Shown one piece after another: positions 30,704 to 40,466 of a stretch of DNA of 64,000 nucleotides. The stretch's first letter is position 1. Each line of letters starts with the position of its first letter. The stretch is from Sulfolobaceae archaeon (GTDB lineage Archaea; Thermoproteota; Thermoprotei_A; Sulfolobales; Sulfolobaceae): positions 32,001 to 96,000 of the forward strand of contig JAWARQ010000003.1 of the NCBI GenBank assembly GCA_038893355.1, in the 5' to 3' direction. A model generated the notes under the pieces. The model ran no database searches. It had not been told where the DNA came from and was given only the letters and a program-made list of their open reading frames with translations. Position numbers and translations under genes: made by a program.

Positions 30704-31177
30704 TTAGTCTAACCTATATGCTAATCTAGTTTTTGATACTGCTAATCCAAAAATTCCTAACAGTAAGAAAAGTGTAGGTAGATAAAACCTAGGCTCTGGC
30801 GCTAACCAATTAAAAACGTTAGTAAATATTACTAAATAGAATAGAACAAATGAGATAAATAATGAAATCACACCACCAACGCACCATGATTTATAGAAAG
30901 TATAAGTTAAGAATACGTTATGCCAATCTGTCTTAGAATTATCAACTACTAGTGCAGTATTCTTCATGAAAATTAATGACCTTTCACCACCTATCATTAT
31001 AAATGCCCTAAGCTTATTGAAGCCTAACTCATTAGCTTGTTCATTTCCTATCTTTAAATTCTCTAAAATAATATTTTTTATAGCCTCAGGATCTTCAATA
31101 CCTCTGCTTTCTAAGACATTACCTTCTTTAATTGTTAGATGCCCTACATAGCCAGGAACTTTTTCATACTTACTCAT
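30704..31177 (-). CDS. DUF2173/Roadblock-like domain followed by two TM helices
   Basis: VPGYVG...IGNEQA...AFIMIG...VVDNSKTDW aligns with the neighbouring gene; hydrophobic C-terminus. Confidence 0.55.
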   Translation of the reverse strand: MSKYEKVPGYVGHLTIKEGNVLESRGIEDPEAIKNIILENLKIGNEQANELGFNKLRAFIMIGGERSLIFMKNTALVVDNSKTDWHNVFLTYTFYKSWCVGGVISLFISFVLFYLVIFTNVFNWLAPEPRFYLPTLFLLLGIFGLAVSKTRLAYRLD

Positions 31178-31485
31178 CTAACCACGACCTCCTTCATGGC
31201 TATCTTAATGACTTTATCCCAATCAGTCTTTAAAGGGTCAACAAAGATCACTAGATCCCTTAAGTAAACTATACCAAGGTCATCTAACACCATTGCAAAG
31301 CCTAGAAAGGGTTTCAAAAACTTTATTTTCTCCGCCTGAGCTTCACCAATACTATAATCTTTTTTTAGAAATTCATATAGCCTAGTTAAGTCAATCCTAA
31401 CATTTTGACCATAAATCTTAACTAATTTATCATTTACAACCTTATATACTGCAATTAACCCAGGAATTTCGTCCCAAACTTCCAT
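31174..31485 (-). CDS. Soluble DUF2173/Roadblock-like protein
   Basis: IPGLIA...IGEAQA...GFAMV...FVDPLKTDWDKV. Confidence 0.55.
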   Translation of the reverse strand: MEVWDEIPGLIAVYKVVNDKLVKIYGQNVRIDLTRLYEFLKKDYSIGEAQAEKIKFLKPFLGFAMVLDDLGIVYLRDLVIFVDPLKTDWDKVIKIAMKEVVVR

Positions 31486-31754
31486 TATATATAATAACTC
31501 GTTTATGTTTAAATACCTTATTGTCTATTTACTGTTTTAATTTTAAAATAATATTAACATTTAGAACGTTATAATAAAATAATTTTTAGTAAATTTATAT
31601 TAATTTTAATTAAAAATAGAAATATTTGTGGAATTAGAGTGCTCAACATGACGTAAATAAGGTTAAGTCTTATTCAAATAATTTACAGTGCATATTTACC
31701 AGAAAAGCTCAAAAACATTTTTAGATTACGAAAAGAATAGTATAAGAGAGTGAA

Positions 31755-32192
31755 ATGAATATAAGAGATAAAATTTTAGCGTATCTGTATCAGAAGATAG
31801 AAGCTAGCATTGAAGAGATATCTAATTCTATAAAAGAAGAAAGAGATGAAGTAGAAGTAATTGTAAATAGGTTGAAGGCAGAAGGTTTAGTAATTAAAAA
31901 ACAAAAGGGGCTTATAAGGAAAAAGGAAGTGATTGCACTAACGCCAAGTGGATTAGAGGAGGCAAAAAAGGTATTCGAAAAACTTGAGATGAAAGCTAAA
32001 AGAATTGAAGAAATGATTGTTAAAAATGGTAATGATATATCAGCATTACCAGCAGAGGTATTGGAAATTTTGCCATTACTTGCAGCATTATCGTTAATTG
32101 ATTTAGCTCTACTTCAAAGTATAATCACGATTGCTGAATTAGATCTAGATAACGAAGTAACTGATGCTAATGTTGATGGAGGAGATTTCTAA
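31755..32192 (+). CDS. Winged-helix (MarR-like) protein with hydrophobic/acidic tail
   Basis: VNRLKAEGLV...LTPSG. Confidence 0.75.
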   Translation: MNIRDKILAYLYQKIEASIEEISNSIKEERDEVEVIVNRLKAEGLVIKKQKGLIRKKEVIALTPSGLEEAKKVFEKLEMKAKRIEEMIVKNGNDISALPAEVLEILPLLAALSLIDLALLQSIITIAELDLDNEVTDANVDGGDF

Positions 32193-32305
32193 CTTTTAAA
32201 GCTTTATAACATAAATATTATTTTCTAATATTTATAGTTATTATATTCACAAATTAATATAAAAATTTGTAGGAAAAATGATAATATATTGGAAACTTAA
32301 AATAA

Positions 32306-32394
32306 TGGCGCCGGGGGTGGGATTCGAACCCACGCAGGGAATAATCCCTACTGGCTCTCAAGGCCAGCCCCTTAGTCCGCTCGGGCACCCCGGC
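32306..32394 (-). tRNA. tRNA-Ser(TGA), CCA encoded, no intron
   Basis: Minus strand GCCGGGG...CTGGC-CT-TGA-GA-GCCAG, long variable arm, GGTTCGAATCC, CCCCGGC-G-CCA. Confidence 0.96.
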
Positions 32395-32419
32395 AATAAT
32401 AATTATTTACTAACCAGTT

Positions 32420-32983
32420 TTAATCCTTAACGGCTATAAGTATAGAATAACCCTTAATCCTCTTTATCAACTCATAATTTCCGAAAAACTTTTTTAATAG
32501 TTCTTTAGCATTTTCCTCACCCTTATAAACTACGATTTGGATAAAACCACCCTTCTCTAAATACTCATAAGATTGAATAACAAGCTTTTGTAAAAATTCT
32601 TTACCTCTAGATAGTGGAGGATTAGAATAAACTGCCTTAAATTTAATCTTTGGAACCTTCTCGAAAATATCACTCTGAATTACAATAACTCTATCCTTAA
32701 CCCCATTTATTTCAGCATTCCTCTTAGCTAGTTTTATAGCTAAAGGCTCTATATCAACCATGTAGACTATTAAGTTAGGATTTTTCTTAGCTAGAAAAAT
32801 TCCTATTGGCCCATAACCACATCCGACATCAATTACATTAATATCTTTACCCTCTGGAATTTTGATGTTCTCTAAAAGAACTTTAGTCCCTAAATCTAGT
32901 TTACTCTTAGAAAAGAGGCCTGATGAACTTTTCAGTACTAATGGTATCCCATCAATAACCTCTAGTATTAATTCTTCACTCAT
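32420..32983 (-). CDS. RsmC-like SAM-dependent methyltransferase
   Basis: GLFS..LDLGT, DVGCGYG and SNPP. Confidence 0.9.
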   Translation of the reverse strand: MSEELILEVIDGIPLVLKSSSGLFSKSKLDLGTKVLLENIKIPEGKDINVIDVGCGYGPIGIFLAKKNPNLIVYMVDIEPLAIKLAKRNAEINGVKDRVIVIQSDIFEKVPKIKFKAVYSNPPLSRGKEFLQKLVIQSYEYLEKGGFIQIVVYKGEENAKELLKKFFGNYELIKRIKGYSILIAVKD

Positions 32984-34008
32984 TTCTACCTTTAGGATAT
33001 ACGTCCCTAGGCATTATAACCTTTTCAACTTTAGCTATCATACCTTTACTCATATTAGGAATTGAATTAGAATCGACTAACGCCTTTCCTAACGCTACAA
33101 TCTCCCCTTTTAAAGTGAGTATTGCTATAGTATCATTTGCTTTAAATTCTTGAAATGCAACTACACCTGGCACATATAAAGGTGCACCATGAGCTAGTGA
33201 ATTTACAGTAAAATCGTCTACTATTACCTTAGGGATTCCACAGCATGCATATTCCATTGGTAATAATATTCTTCTTAATTCACTCTCGTCCTTACAGTTT
33301 TTCCATAAATATAGTGCCTCAGAAAGTTCATGAAGCGTAACGAGATTTTTTGTCTCATCAAATATTCCAGTCCTTATTCTTCTTAATTCTCTCATATGTG
33401 CACCACAACCTAAGATTATACCAATATCATGACATATTTTCCTCATATAAGTTCCAGATTCTGAAGATATTTTAAGTAGATATAATCTTCCTGAGTTTTC
33501 TAATAGTTGAATATCATAAACTGTCTTGACCCTTAATCTTCTCTTAACAGAAGATCTTACCGGGGGTCTTTGATATATCTTTCCCTTAAACTGATTAATT
33601 ACCTCCATTACTTTCTCTACTGGTAATTCCTTATGAATTTCCATTAGACAAACATATTCCTTTATTGACTTTACGACCAGAGGCATTAATTTCGTAGCTT
33701 CCTCTAAGCCCATAGGTAGTACTCCTGAAACTTTAGGATTTCCCCGCCCATTTATTGGGCTCTAGGGTCCCACCATGTCCGACCTTATTTAAGCCAAACA
33801 TTTGCTTTACCCAAAATGCTACCTCATGACTTGTGGGACCTGGGGGCTTATCTAGGTTTATTATTGACCTTCTTATAAGAGATTCTATTCTTCTTTTATC
33901 TGGATATTCACCATATTTTTCAGAAGTTTCCTCGTCCTTCCTTATTATCCATTTGCTAACATAATTACAAAAATTATCAATATCATAAATAAAAGGGTAG
34001 AACTTCAT
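32976..34008 (-). CDS. cbf5: H/ACA RNA-guided pseudouridine synthase Cbf5, spliced: 34008-33762 joined to 33739-32976 (336 aa)
   Basis: DKPPGPTSH. GHGGTLDPKVSGVLP is restored by removing 22 nt; GTYMR and a PUA domain follow. Confidence 0.95.
33740..33761 (-). other. 22-nt bulge-helix-bulge mRNA intron in cbf5
   Basis: GGGA-CCCU-AGA-GCCCA-AUAAA-UGGGC-GGGG-AAA-UCCU folds as a BHB. Cuts at AG^A and AA^A recreate the GAU (Asp) codon. Confidence 0.93.
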
Positions 34009-34299
34009 TTAGGTCACTGGTACTTTTAATTTTAATTCTTCCTTCATCCAGTCTAAAATACCCGCCTCTTGAAGCTTCCTCTCTACTTCCTCGTCACTAG
34101 CTCCTTTACTTATTTCAATCTTCTTATCTGTTGGTTCTATATGTAGAATATTTACTCTCCTTCTTTTAACACCATTTACTTTCTTAGGTCCAGTTATTAA
34201 GACAAAATTATCATCTATAATATCTACTATTACACACTTTTTACCAGCTTCCCTACCCCTTGTCTTAATGCATATCCTGCCTATCTCGATAACTGGCAT
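34009..34299 (-). CDS. rpl14e: 50S ribosomal protein L14e
   Basis: [26 protein letters not shown]...GVKRRRVN. Confidence 0.95.
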   Translation of the reverse strand: MPVIEIGRICIKTRGREAGKKCVIVDIIDDNFVLITGPKKVNGVKRRRVNILHIEPTDKKIEISKGASDEEVERKLQEAGILDWMKEELKLKVPVT

Positions 34300-34384
34300 A
34301 ATTATCAATACATCAACTTTTCTGAAACTTATAAAGCTTATACTAGACGTAAATCATATATTTGCTTTAAGAGAAGTAAATATT

Positions 34385-34660
34385 ATGAAGTTAATAACGC
34401 TCGGAATAGTATTAACACTTTTAGGATTTCTATTGATTATATTATCTTCCATATCCTTAATTCAAATAAGTAGCAGCGGTAGTAATATACAGTATGGTGG
34501 GGTAATATTAATTGGGCCTTTGCCTATATTTTTTGGAAATATTCCTAATGGGGATATTTCTAGTTTAATAACATTTGGAATAGTATTAACAATAATTTCG
34601 ATATTATTATATATAATTTCGATACTGCTGATCAGAGGAAGGCAACAACAACGTTGGTAA
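34385..34660 (+). CDS. DUF131-like small membrane protein
   Basis: YGGVILIGPLPIFFG signature; likely start 34385. Confidence 0.8.
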   Translation: MKLITLGIVLTLLGFLLIILSSISLIQISSSGSNIQYGGVILIGPLPIFFGNIPNGDISSLITFGIVLTIISILLYIISILLIRGRQQQRW

Positions 34661-34692
34661 TCTTTATTTAAGTAGAATTTTTCTTAGTAAAT

Positions 34693-36006
34693 ATGAGCTA
34701 TACTAGCAAAGCTAAATCTCTGTTTATGGAAACAGGTACGAGATTTCCCAGAAGAATAATATGGGCTATGGGATTGATAAAGTATGCATGCGCAAGGGCA
34801 AACTTAGAATTAGGATTATTAGATGAAAGTATTGCAAAAGGAATAATCCAAGCCTCTAAGGAACTAATGGATGGTAAGTATGATAGTGAGATAGTACTAG
34901 ATGTTTTTCAAACAGGATCTGGTACTGGATTAAATATGAACGTAAATGAAGTAATAGCAGCTAGAGCTACAGAAATCGTAGGAAAGAAGGTTCATCCTAA
35001 CGATCATGTAAATATGAGCCAATCTTCGAATGATGTAGTGCCTACAGCAATAAGAGTAGCTAGTGTCGCTGAAGTAAATGAGAATTTAATAAGAGCGTTG
35101 GATGCTTTTATTAAAATACTTCAAGAAAAATCTGAAGAATATAAAGATTTAGTGAAGGCAGGAAGAACGCACTTAAGAGATGCATTACCAGTTACATTAG
35201 GCCAGGAATTAGGAGCTTATGCTGATAGTTTTATTCATAATTATGAATATTTACTAAAAATTCTCGAATATGTAAAAGAATTACCTATAGGAGGAACTGC
35301 AGTAGGTACTGGATTAAATTCGCATCCAGAATTTAGACAGAGAGTAATTAACATTATAAATATAGAAACTGGTTTAGGATTTAAGGCTGCTAATACTTTC
35401 AGAGCAATGAGACTTCTAACTGATTTATTACTACTTTCGAGTATTATGAGGAATATTTCGGTAGAATTATATAGATTAGCACAAGATATAAGGCTCATGT
35501 TTTCTGGACCTTTTACTGGTTTAAATGAAATAGATCTTCCAACTCAAGAAGAAATTGCTGGTAGCTCAATAATGCCGGGAAAGACGAATCCAGTGACTGT
35601 AGAGGCTACATTACTTATTGTATCTCAAGTATTAGGATTAGATTATGCTAATCAAATTGCATCTACTCTTGGAGAGTTTGAGCTATCAATGGGTATTCCT
35701 TTAGTTGGATATAATATAATTACTCAAATATCTCTACTATCAGAGGCATTAAGGAAATTCTCAAGTCTTGTAATAAAGGGAATGAAACCAAATGTAGAAG
35801 TAATGAGGAAATATGCAGAAAGTTCTCCTGCTCTAATAACCGTCGTATCGCCTAAAATAGGCTATGACAAGGCTTCGGAATTGGGTAAGAAGATAGCAAA
35901 GGGATTATCAATACGAGAGGCATTGAGGGAATTAGGATTTTCAGAGGAAGAAATAAATAAAATATTAGACTTTAAGATCTTAACTAAACCAGGTATATTG
36001 AAATAG
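34693..36006 (+). CDS. fumC: Class II fumarate hydratase
   Basis: QTGSGT, HPNDHVN, GRTHL and [11 protein letters not shown]. Confidence 0.93.
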   Translation: MSYTSKAKSLFMETGTRFPRRIIWAMGLIKYACARANLELGLLDESIAKGIIQASKELMDGKYDSEIVLDVFQTGSGTGLNMNVNEVIAARATEIVGKKVHPNDHVNMSQSSNDVVPTAIRVASVAEVNENLIRALDAFIKILQEKSEEYKDLVKAGRTHLRDALPVTLGQELGAYADSFIHNYEYLLKILEYVKELPIGGTAVGTGLNSHPEFRQRVINIINIETGLGFKAANTFRAMRLLTDLLLLSSIMRNISVELYRLAQDIRLMFSGPFTGLNEIDLPTQEEIAGSSIMPGKTNPVTVEATLLIVSQVLGLDYANQIASTLGEFELSMGIPLVGYNIITQISLLSEALRKFSSLVIKGMKPNVEVMRKYAESSPALITVVSPKIGYDKASELGKKIAKGLSIREALRELGFSEEEINKILDFKILTKPGILK

Positions 36007-36125
36007 ACAAATGTATATAAATATACACTTCTTACTGAACAAATGTAAAGTAATATATAGATTAACATGTTTAATTATATAACTTTTTAAGTTTGAATTA
36101 CGTAATAGGTATAGGTGAATTAGGA

Positions 36126-36506
36126 ATGAATATAAAAATAAATCTTCCAGATGGAAGGGAAACTACAATAGATGAAATTATTCAATTCCTATACAACCTA
36201 TCCAAGACTGATATAGATGTATTAAACGTGCTAGCAAGTTCTGGAAAACCAATAACTACAGAAGAAATTGCAGAAAAACTAAATGTTACTAAGGCATCTG
36301 TAAGTAAGGCTCTAAATAACTTAATTTATAAAGGTCTAGTTCAAAGGAGAAAGGCTATATCTGAAGAGAAAAAGAAGGGAAGACCTAATTATGAGTACTG
36401 GATAGTTAAGGAAGAACTATTAGAGAAGATAAAGAAAGACTTAGAAAATATACTTAATCAGATTAAAAGCGAAATAGCTGCTGAGGCTAAAGCTATAAGT
36501 GCATAA
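36126..36506 (+). CDS. HTH transcriptional regulator (TrmB/MarR-like wHTH)
   Basis: EEIAEKLNVTKASVSKALNNL...KGRP. ATG 36126 is the likely start. Confidence 0.85.
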   Translation: MNIKINLPDGRETTIDEIIQFLYNLSKTDIDVLNVLASSGKPITTEEIAEKLNVTKASVSKALNNLIYKGLVQRRKAISEEKKKGRPNYEYWIVKEELLEKIKKDLENILNQIKSEIAAEAKAISA

Positions 36507-36509
36507 AAG

Positions 36510-36785
36510 CTATTGATTCTGTTTTTGTTCAGTCTTATCCTCTTTTTTCTTTTTTAGTCTTATCCTCTTTATCTCAATCTTTACTACTACCTTTTCGTTT
36601 TTACATTCAGTAATATATGTATCATCTTTAGTTGTTAAATTTCCACAGCTAAGATCATACTTTAATTTTAATTCTTTTATAAACTTTCTAGCATTAACCA
36701 AATGTCTAAAGTTTCTAGTAATTATTTCTTCCTTACCACCTTGATTTATTATACTCGCCTTAAACTCATACTTTACTACCTTCAT
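36510..36785 (-). CDS. Small basic hypothetical protein
   Basis: 91-aa ORF with ATG start, fills gene slot; no family recognised. Confidence 0.6.
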   Translation of the reverse strand: MKVVKYEFKASIINQGGKEEIITRNFRHLVNARKFIKELKLKYDLSCGNLTTKDDTYITECKNEKVVVKIEIKRIRLKKKKEDKTEQKQNQ

Positions 36786-36823
36786 TAAGCTTAAAGTAAT
36801 ATGAAAAAACTTAAATCTATTCC

Positions 36824-37798
36824 CTACCTTACCTCGGAGAAAGCTAATTTATATATTAATTGAACTCTCCTTGCAGGATGGGGGTGTGTCATTAGAACAT
36901 CAGCAAATGGTGATACATTTTGATTTAACCATTTATTTAACAACTCATTAGGATCAGTTTCTCTTATCTTCATAGGTGGTACAGTAAGTATTATTCCAGT
37001 AAATGGATCAACTCTAACATTTTGCATATAAATTTGAATTTTAGCCAACGCAGTTGCAAGATTCCATGCCTGTGATTTAAATAATGTCACTGCATGATAA
37101 TCAGCATACGACTCTCTAAGCCTATTAAACCATAATACAAATATATTTATAAGAATTGTAAGGGCGAGTAATAAGAATCCTACAGCAATCATTATTATTC
37201 CTAATAGTAAGGCGTATTCATCTACAGCGAAAAGTAATGCTATCCATCCAAAATTAAGGAGTAGATTACTGATAAAACCTAGGGCTGATGGTATTAGTCC
37301 AATAGCCATTCCTATCTCTACATCAAAATGTTTAATATGACCTATCTCATGTGCAATTACAGCCTTCAATTCCTCATCAGTTAATATATTTAATAGAGGC
37401 CTAGTTATTGCAACTCTTTTTCCAGTAATATAGTTTCCATAGGCAAAAGCATTAGGAAACGGGTCATCTGATATGAAAACTCTAGGAGGTTTTATCTTAG
37501 ACTTCTCAGCTATCTCCTTAACTATATTATAAACCCAACCATATGCTACATCGTTTGGACCTATTTCAGTCGCCCTCCTACCTACTAAGTAAGGTCCTAA
37601 TATCCACTGTACTAACCAAAATAACGGTAAGAGGATATAGATTAGAATAAAGGGGAGATTAAAGAATGATAGTAAGAAGTAAGTTATTATACCCTCAGCT
37701 ACAGCTGCTAGTATTCCTGCAATAATCATCTCAAGTTTTATTAATGTAGACAGTGCCACGAGTAAAATAAGCTGAATAAAAATAAATCTATTTTCCAC
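36824..37798 (-). CDS. htpX: M48 zinc metalloprotease HtpX
   Basis: PNAFA, AHEIGH, RESYAD and THP. Start uncertain. Confidence 0.92.
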   Translation of the reverse strand: MENRFIFIQLILLVALSTLIKLEMIIAGILAAVAEGIITYFLLSFFNLPFILIYILLPLFWLVQWILGPYLVGRRATEIGPNDVAYGWVYNIVKEIAEKSKIKPPRVFISDDPFPNAFAYGNYITGKRVAITRPLLNILTDEELKAVIAHEIGHIKHFDVEIGMAIGLIPSALGFISNLLLNFGWIALLFAVDEYALLLGIIMIAVGFLLLALTILINIFVLWFNRLRESYADYHAVTLFKSQAWNLATALAKIQIYMQNVRVDPFTGIILTVPPMKIRETDPNELLNKWLNQNVSPFADVLMTHPHPARRVQLIYKLAFSEVR

Positions 37799-38309
37799 CT
37801 AAAATGCTCCTTATCTTGTCCAAATCGCTTTTAATCTTCTCATATTCACTTTTAATCCTATTTAACTCCTCCTTTAATCTAGCATTTTCTTCTTCCAACT
37901 TCTTTAATTCTTCACTACTTAAAGCCTTACATTCCTCTTGAGTATAATATCTAGTTATTCTGATATTATCGAATTTCAACTTCTTTTCTTTTTCATCGTA
38001 AAATACATCTACCATTATCCTTATCACATCTAACTTACCAACTTTCATCTTATTTACGAGCTCGTCATATAATTTAGAATTCAATTCGCCGATATCCCTT
38101 ACTATTATCTCTTTTGGCACGATTTTACCTAATGCCACAAATGCAACTCTTCGCAATTTATCTGCATACCTTGCAGCTATTATTAGACCAGTACTTAATT
38201 CGTATTTATTCCCACTAATTGCAGTAGCTCGAGCAGTTAATTGCTGATATTCTTCTGCCCTCTCCATATCACGTGAAATGTCTTCTTCCTCAGTACTCCA
38301 GCTACTCAT
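37788..38309 (-). CDS. DUF2258 / ThermoDBP-related nucleic-acid-binding protein
   Basis: LSTGLIIAARYADKLRR, KLDVIRI and C-terminal coiled coil. Confidence 0.8.
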   Translation of the reverse strand: MSSWSTEEEDISRDMERAEEYQQLTARATAISGNKYELSTGLIIAARYADKLRRVAFVALGKIVPKEIIVRDIGELNSKLYDELVNKMKVGKLDVIRIMVDVFYDEKEKKLKFDNIRITRYYTQEECKALSSEELKKLEEENARLKEELNRIKSEYEKIKSDLDKIRSILGGK

Positions 38310-38349
38310 AAAATATATAAATACTTAAATAACTTATATACTTTTTCCC

Positions 38350-39099
38350 CTATAAAGATTCTTCTTTACCATCAAGATACTTAATATAAAACCTCCCATT
38401 CTTATAATCAATACTCATAACCCTCTTATCATAAAAATTAAATAATTCTGGAAAGTTAATTTTTAGTGTATCTGAAAGAATTTTCGATATTTGTTCTATA
38501 ATATGCAGACCTATTCTCTCTCTATTTTTACGGGAATTTGAAATAAACTCGAATAAATTACAAACCTCTCCTAAATTTTGGATTCTACAAATCTCGATAA
38601 CATCTTTATCTCTTAATGGAATAATATTCAAATTTTCAACACTTATAAACCTTATTAATGCTCTAACTGTCTTATAAAAATTATTTAGTTCACTTATTTC
38701 ATCCCCCCTTAATAATGCATTTATCCCCAAAACATAATAAGATATAATGTTATTTTTTAATATAATTTTAGTTCTTTCAGTAATTTGGAATTCAAATTTA
38801 GGTAATTCACCACATACTAGTTTAGAATCATAAAGGATGTAATAACAAATAACTTCACCTTGTTGACAAAGCAGCTTTAACTCAAAATCTGCTAAGACTA
38901 CAGGAGAGCACCCGGAGCTCGCCAATTCTAATAGGTATTTATTTTTCATATTATGATTTTTTAACACTACGAAAACGTTTATATCAGAAATCCCTTCAAC
39001 ATAGTCCTCTTTAGAAGTATAAGATCCAAAATAGCCTATACACTGTACAATCGAATCACAACCTAATGATATATTCTCACACATGGAGTAATACACCAT
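38350..39099 (-). CDS. Nucleotidyltransferase-fold protein with helical (HEPN-like) C-terminal domain
   Basis: YFGSY...ISDINVFVV pol-beta NTase motif. Confidence 0.6.
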   Translation of the reverse strand: MVYYSMCENISLGCDSIVQCIGYFGSYTSKEDYVEGISDINVFVVLKNHNMKNKYLLELASSGCSPVVLADFELKLLCQQGEVICYYILYDSKLVCGELPKFEFQITERTKIILKNNIISYYVLGINALLRGDEISELNNFYKTVRALIRFISVENLNIIPLRDKDVIEICRIQNLGEVCNLFEFISNSRKNRERIGLHIIEQISKILSDTLKINFPELFNFYDKRVMSIDYKNGRFYIKYLDGKEESL

Positions 39100-39291
39100 C
39101 TTAAAGCTTACTTTCCATTTACCGTTTTCCTTACACTTTTGATTTGCATCTCTAAGCCCTTCGGTTCTTCTGTTATAACCTAAACTACTATTAGAGATCG
39201 TCTTCTATAAGGAAATTTATATAACAAACATAAAAAGATTTTTGTTAACGTAGAAAGTTAGTAAGAACTGTAAGTAACTAGATTTTTAGTC

Positions 39292-39460
39292 TTAGGGGTT
39301 TGGGCTTCATCGAATTTTCATGAATTTATATCTAACTCTCAGCCCTTGGACTTCACCGAAGTCACGGGGCATTGCCCCTTTCATCCCTCTCCATCCCCTT
39401 AGCGGGATGACCCCAAACCCACATCCGCAGAATATCGCGGATGTGGAGAACCCGCATATC
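39292..39460 (-). mobile_element. Isolated 3' end/right end of Sulfolobales IS200/IS605 tnpB element (omegaRNA scaffold region), no transposase or TnpB
   Basis: GC-rich island with a 10-bp hairpin (39419-39446) and long-range GGGTTTGGG/CCCAAACCC pairing. It ends ATGAAGCCCAAACCCCT, and its translation resembles Sulfolobales TnpB tails (from recall). Confidence 0.75.
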
Positions 39461-39517
39461 TTGTGTAACGTCTTGCTATTTTTCGGGAAAGTGTGTCCAC
39501 ATCTGATAACAAGCTTT

Positions 39518-39533
39518 TTAATAAATACTTTTC
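39518..39533 (-). promoter_or_regulatory. Candidate BRE-TATA (GAAAAG-TA-TTTATTAA) upstream of the omegaRNA-like island
   Basis: Purine-rich BRE followed by a TATA-like box on the minus strand. AT-rich background lowers specificity. Confidence 0.4.
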
Positions 39534-39764
39534 TCATATAAGATAATATAGACTTTACAATTTATCGGAAACTACTGACAACGACGAGTCTTCAAAATCC
39601 AAATTTGCTAAAAACTAAAACTTAGTATAAGTGACGTTTTAAACTTTCTTATAAAGAAATTTAAGTCTATCGTAAAGCATGAGGCTCCATCTATAACTTA
39701 ATTTTCGTAAATTCGTCTATCGTCTTATTTATAAGTTAAAAGTTAAATATATTCCTCATTAATT

Positions 39765-40466
39765 ATGAATGAGATTAAAGAGGCTATCGAGAAGAACGAT
39801 ATTCAGACTTTAATCAAGTATAAAAAGAAGTTACTTTCAATGCTTAAAAGTCCGAATGCTGAAATAAGAAAGTTAGGATGGACTGGGGTAAGGTATATAG
39901 TTGAAACTGGAAATTCTGTTAAACTCGAGAGTAATAAAGGTTACTTAAGATCGTTATTATGGCACAAATTACAAGGAATAAGAGATGATGCATGGAGAAA
40001 TTTAGATATATATAAAGAGCTTTTAGTTGAAGGAATTGAAAGGACTCTTACAGCAAGTTCTGATAGGATAAAATGGCCTGCATGGAGTAATGTATTAAAG
40101 TTGATAGATTTAAACTTAGTTCCAAGGGATTACGTAATTAAGGTTAGGAATTCTTTTTGGAGATTATTAAGGAGTAGGTATGGCACAATTAGAAAGAAGG
40201 CGTGGAGGTTGTTTGTAGAATTAGTTAAGAGTGGGATATTCTCTACGAAAGATAAATATAGATTTTTTGACTTTCTAAAACATTCAAGACCTAAGGTAAG
40301 GCTATATGCATGGTCTTCTGTTCCTAAACTTTTAGAACTTAACTTTTTAACAAAAGATGATATTAAAAACAATTTGAAATATTTACAAGAAATGTGTGAA
40401 ATGAAGGGAAGTGTTGGAAATAGAGCTAAAAATATTTTAGAAGTTATTAAGAAGCTTATAGAATGA
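39765..40466 (+). CDS. HEAT-like repeat protein
   Basis: Recurring LL.S....IR..AW units (RKLGW, RDDAW, KWPAW, RKKAW, RLYAW). Confidence 0.7.
   Translation: MNEIKEAIEKNDIQTLIKYKKKLLSMLKSPNAEIRKLGWTGVRYIVETGNSVKLESNKGYLRSLLWHKLQGIRDDAWRNLDIYKELLVEGIERTLTASSDRIKWPAWSNVLKLIDLNLVPRDYVIKVRNSFWRLLRSRYGTIRKKAWRLFVELVKSGIFSTKDKYRFFDFLKHSRPKVRLYAWSSVPKLLELNFLTKDDIKNNLKYLQEMCEMKGSVGNRAKNILEVIKKLIE

Noticed and set aside
32193-32394. tRNA-Ser as integration site of a provirus or plasmid
   Set aside because: No integrase and no duplicated tRNA 3' end seen in the window.
33713-33762. cbf5 as a frameshifted pseudogene or programmed frameshift
   Set aside because: Fully explained by a canonical BHB intron.
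39148-39161. 12/14 match to 39334-39347 suggesting a second omegaRNA copy (array)
   Set aside because: Too short, with none of the flanking stems; compatible with chance.
39307-39541. ORFs 39307-39537 (-) and 39320-39541 (+)
   Set aside because: They overlie the structured IS-end island and lack RuvC or Zn-finger motifs. Best explained as a tnpB tail remnant and its antisense shadow.
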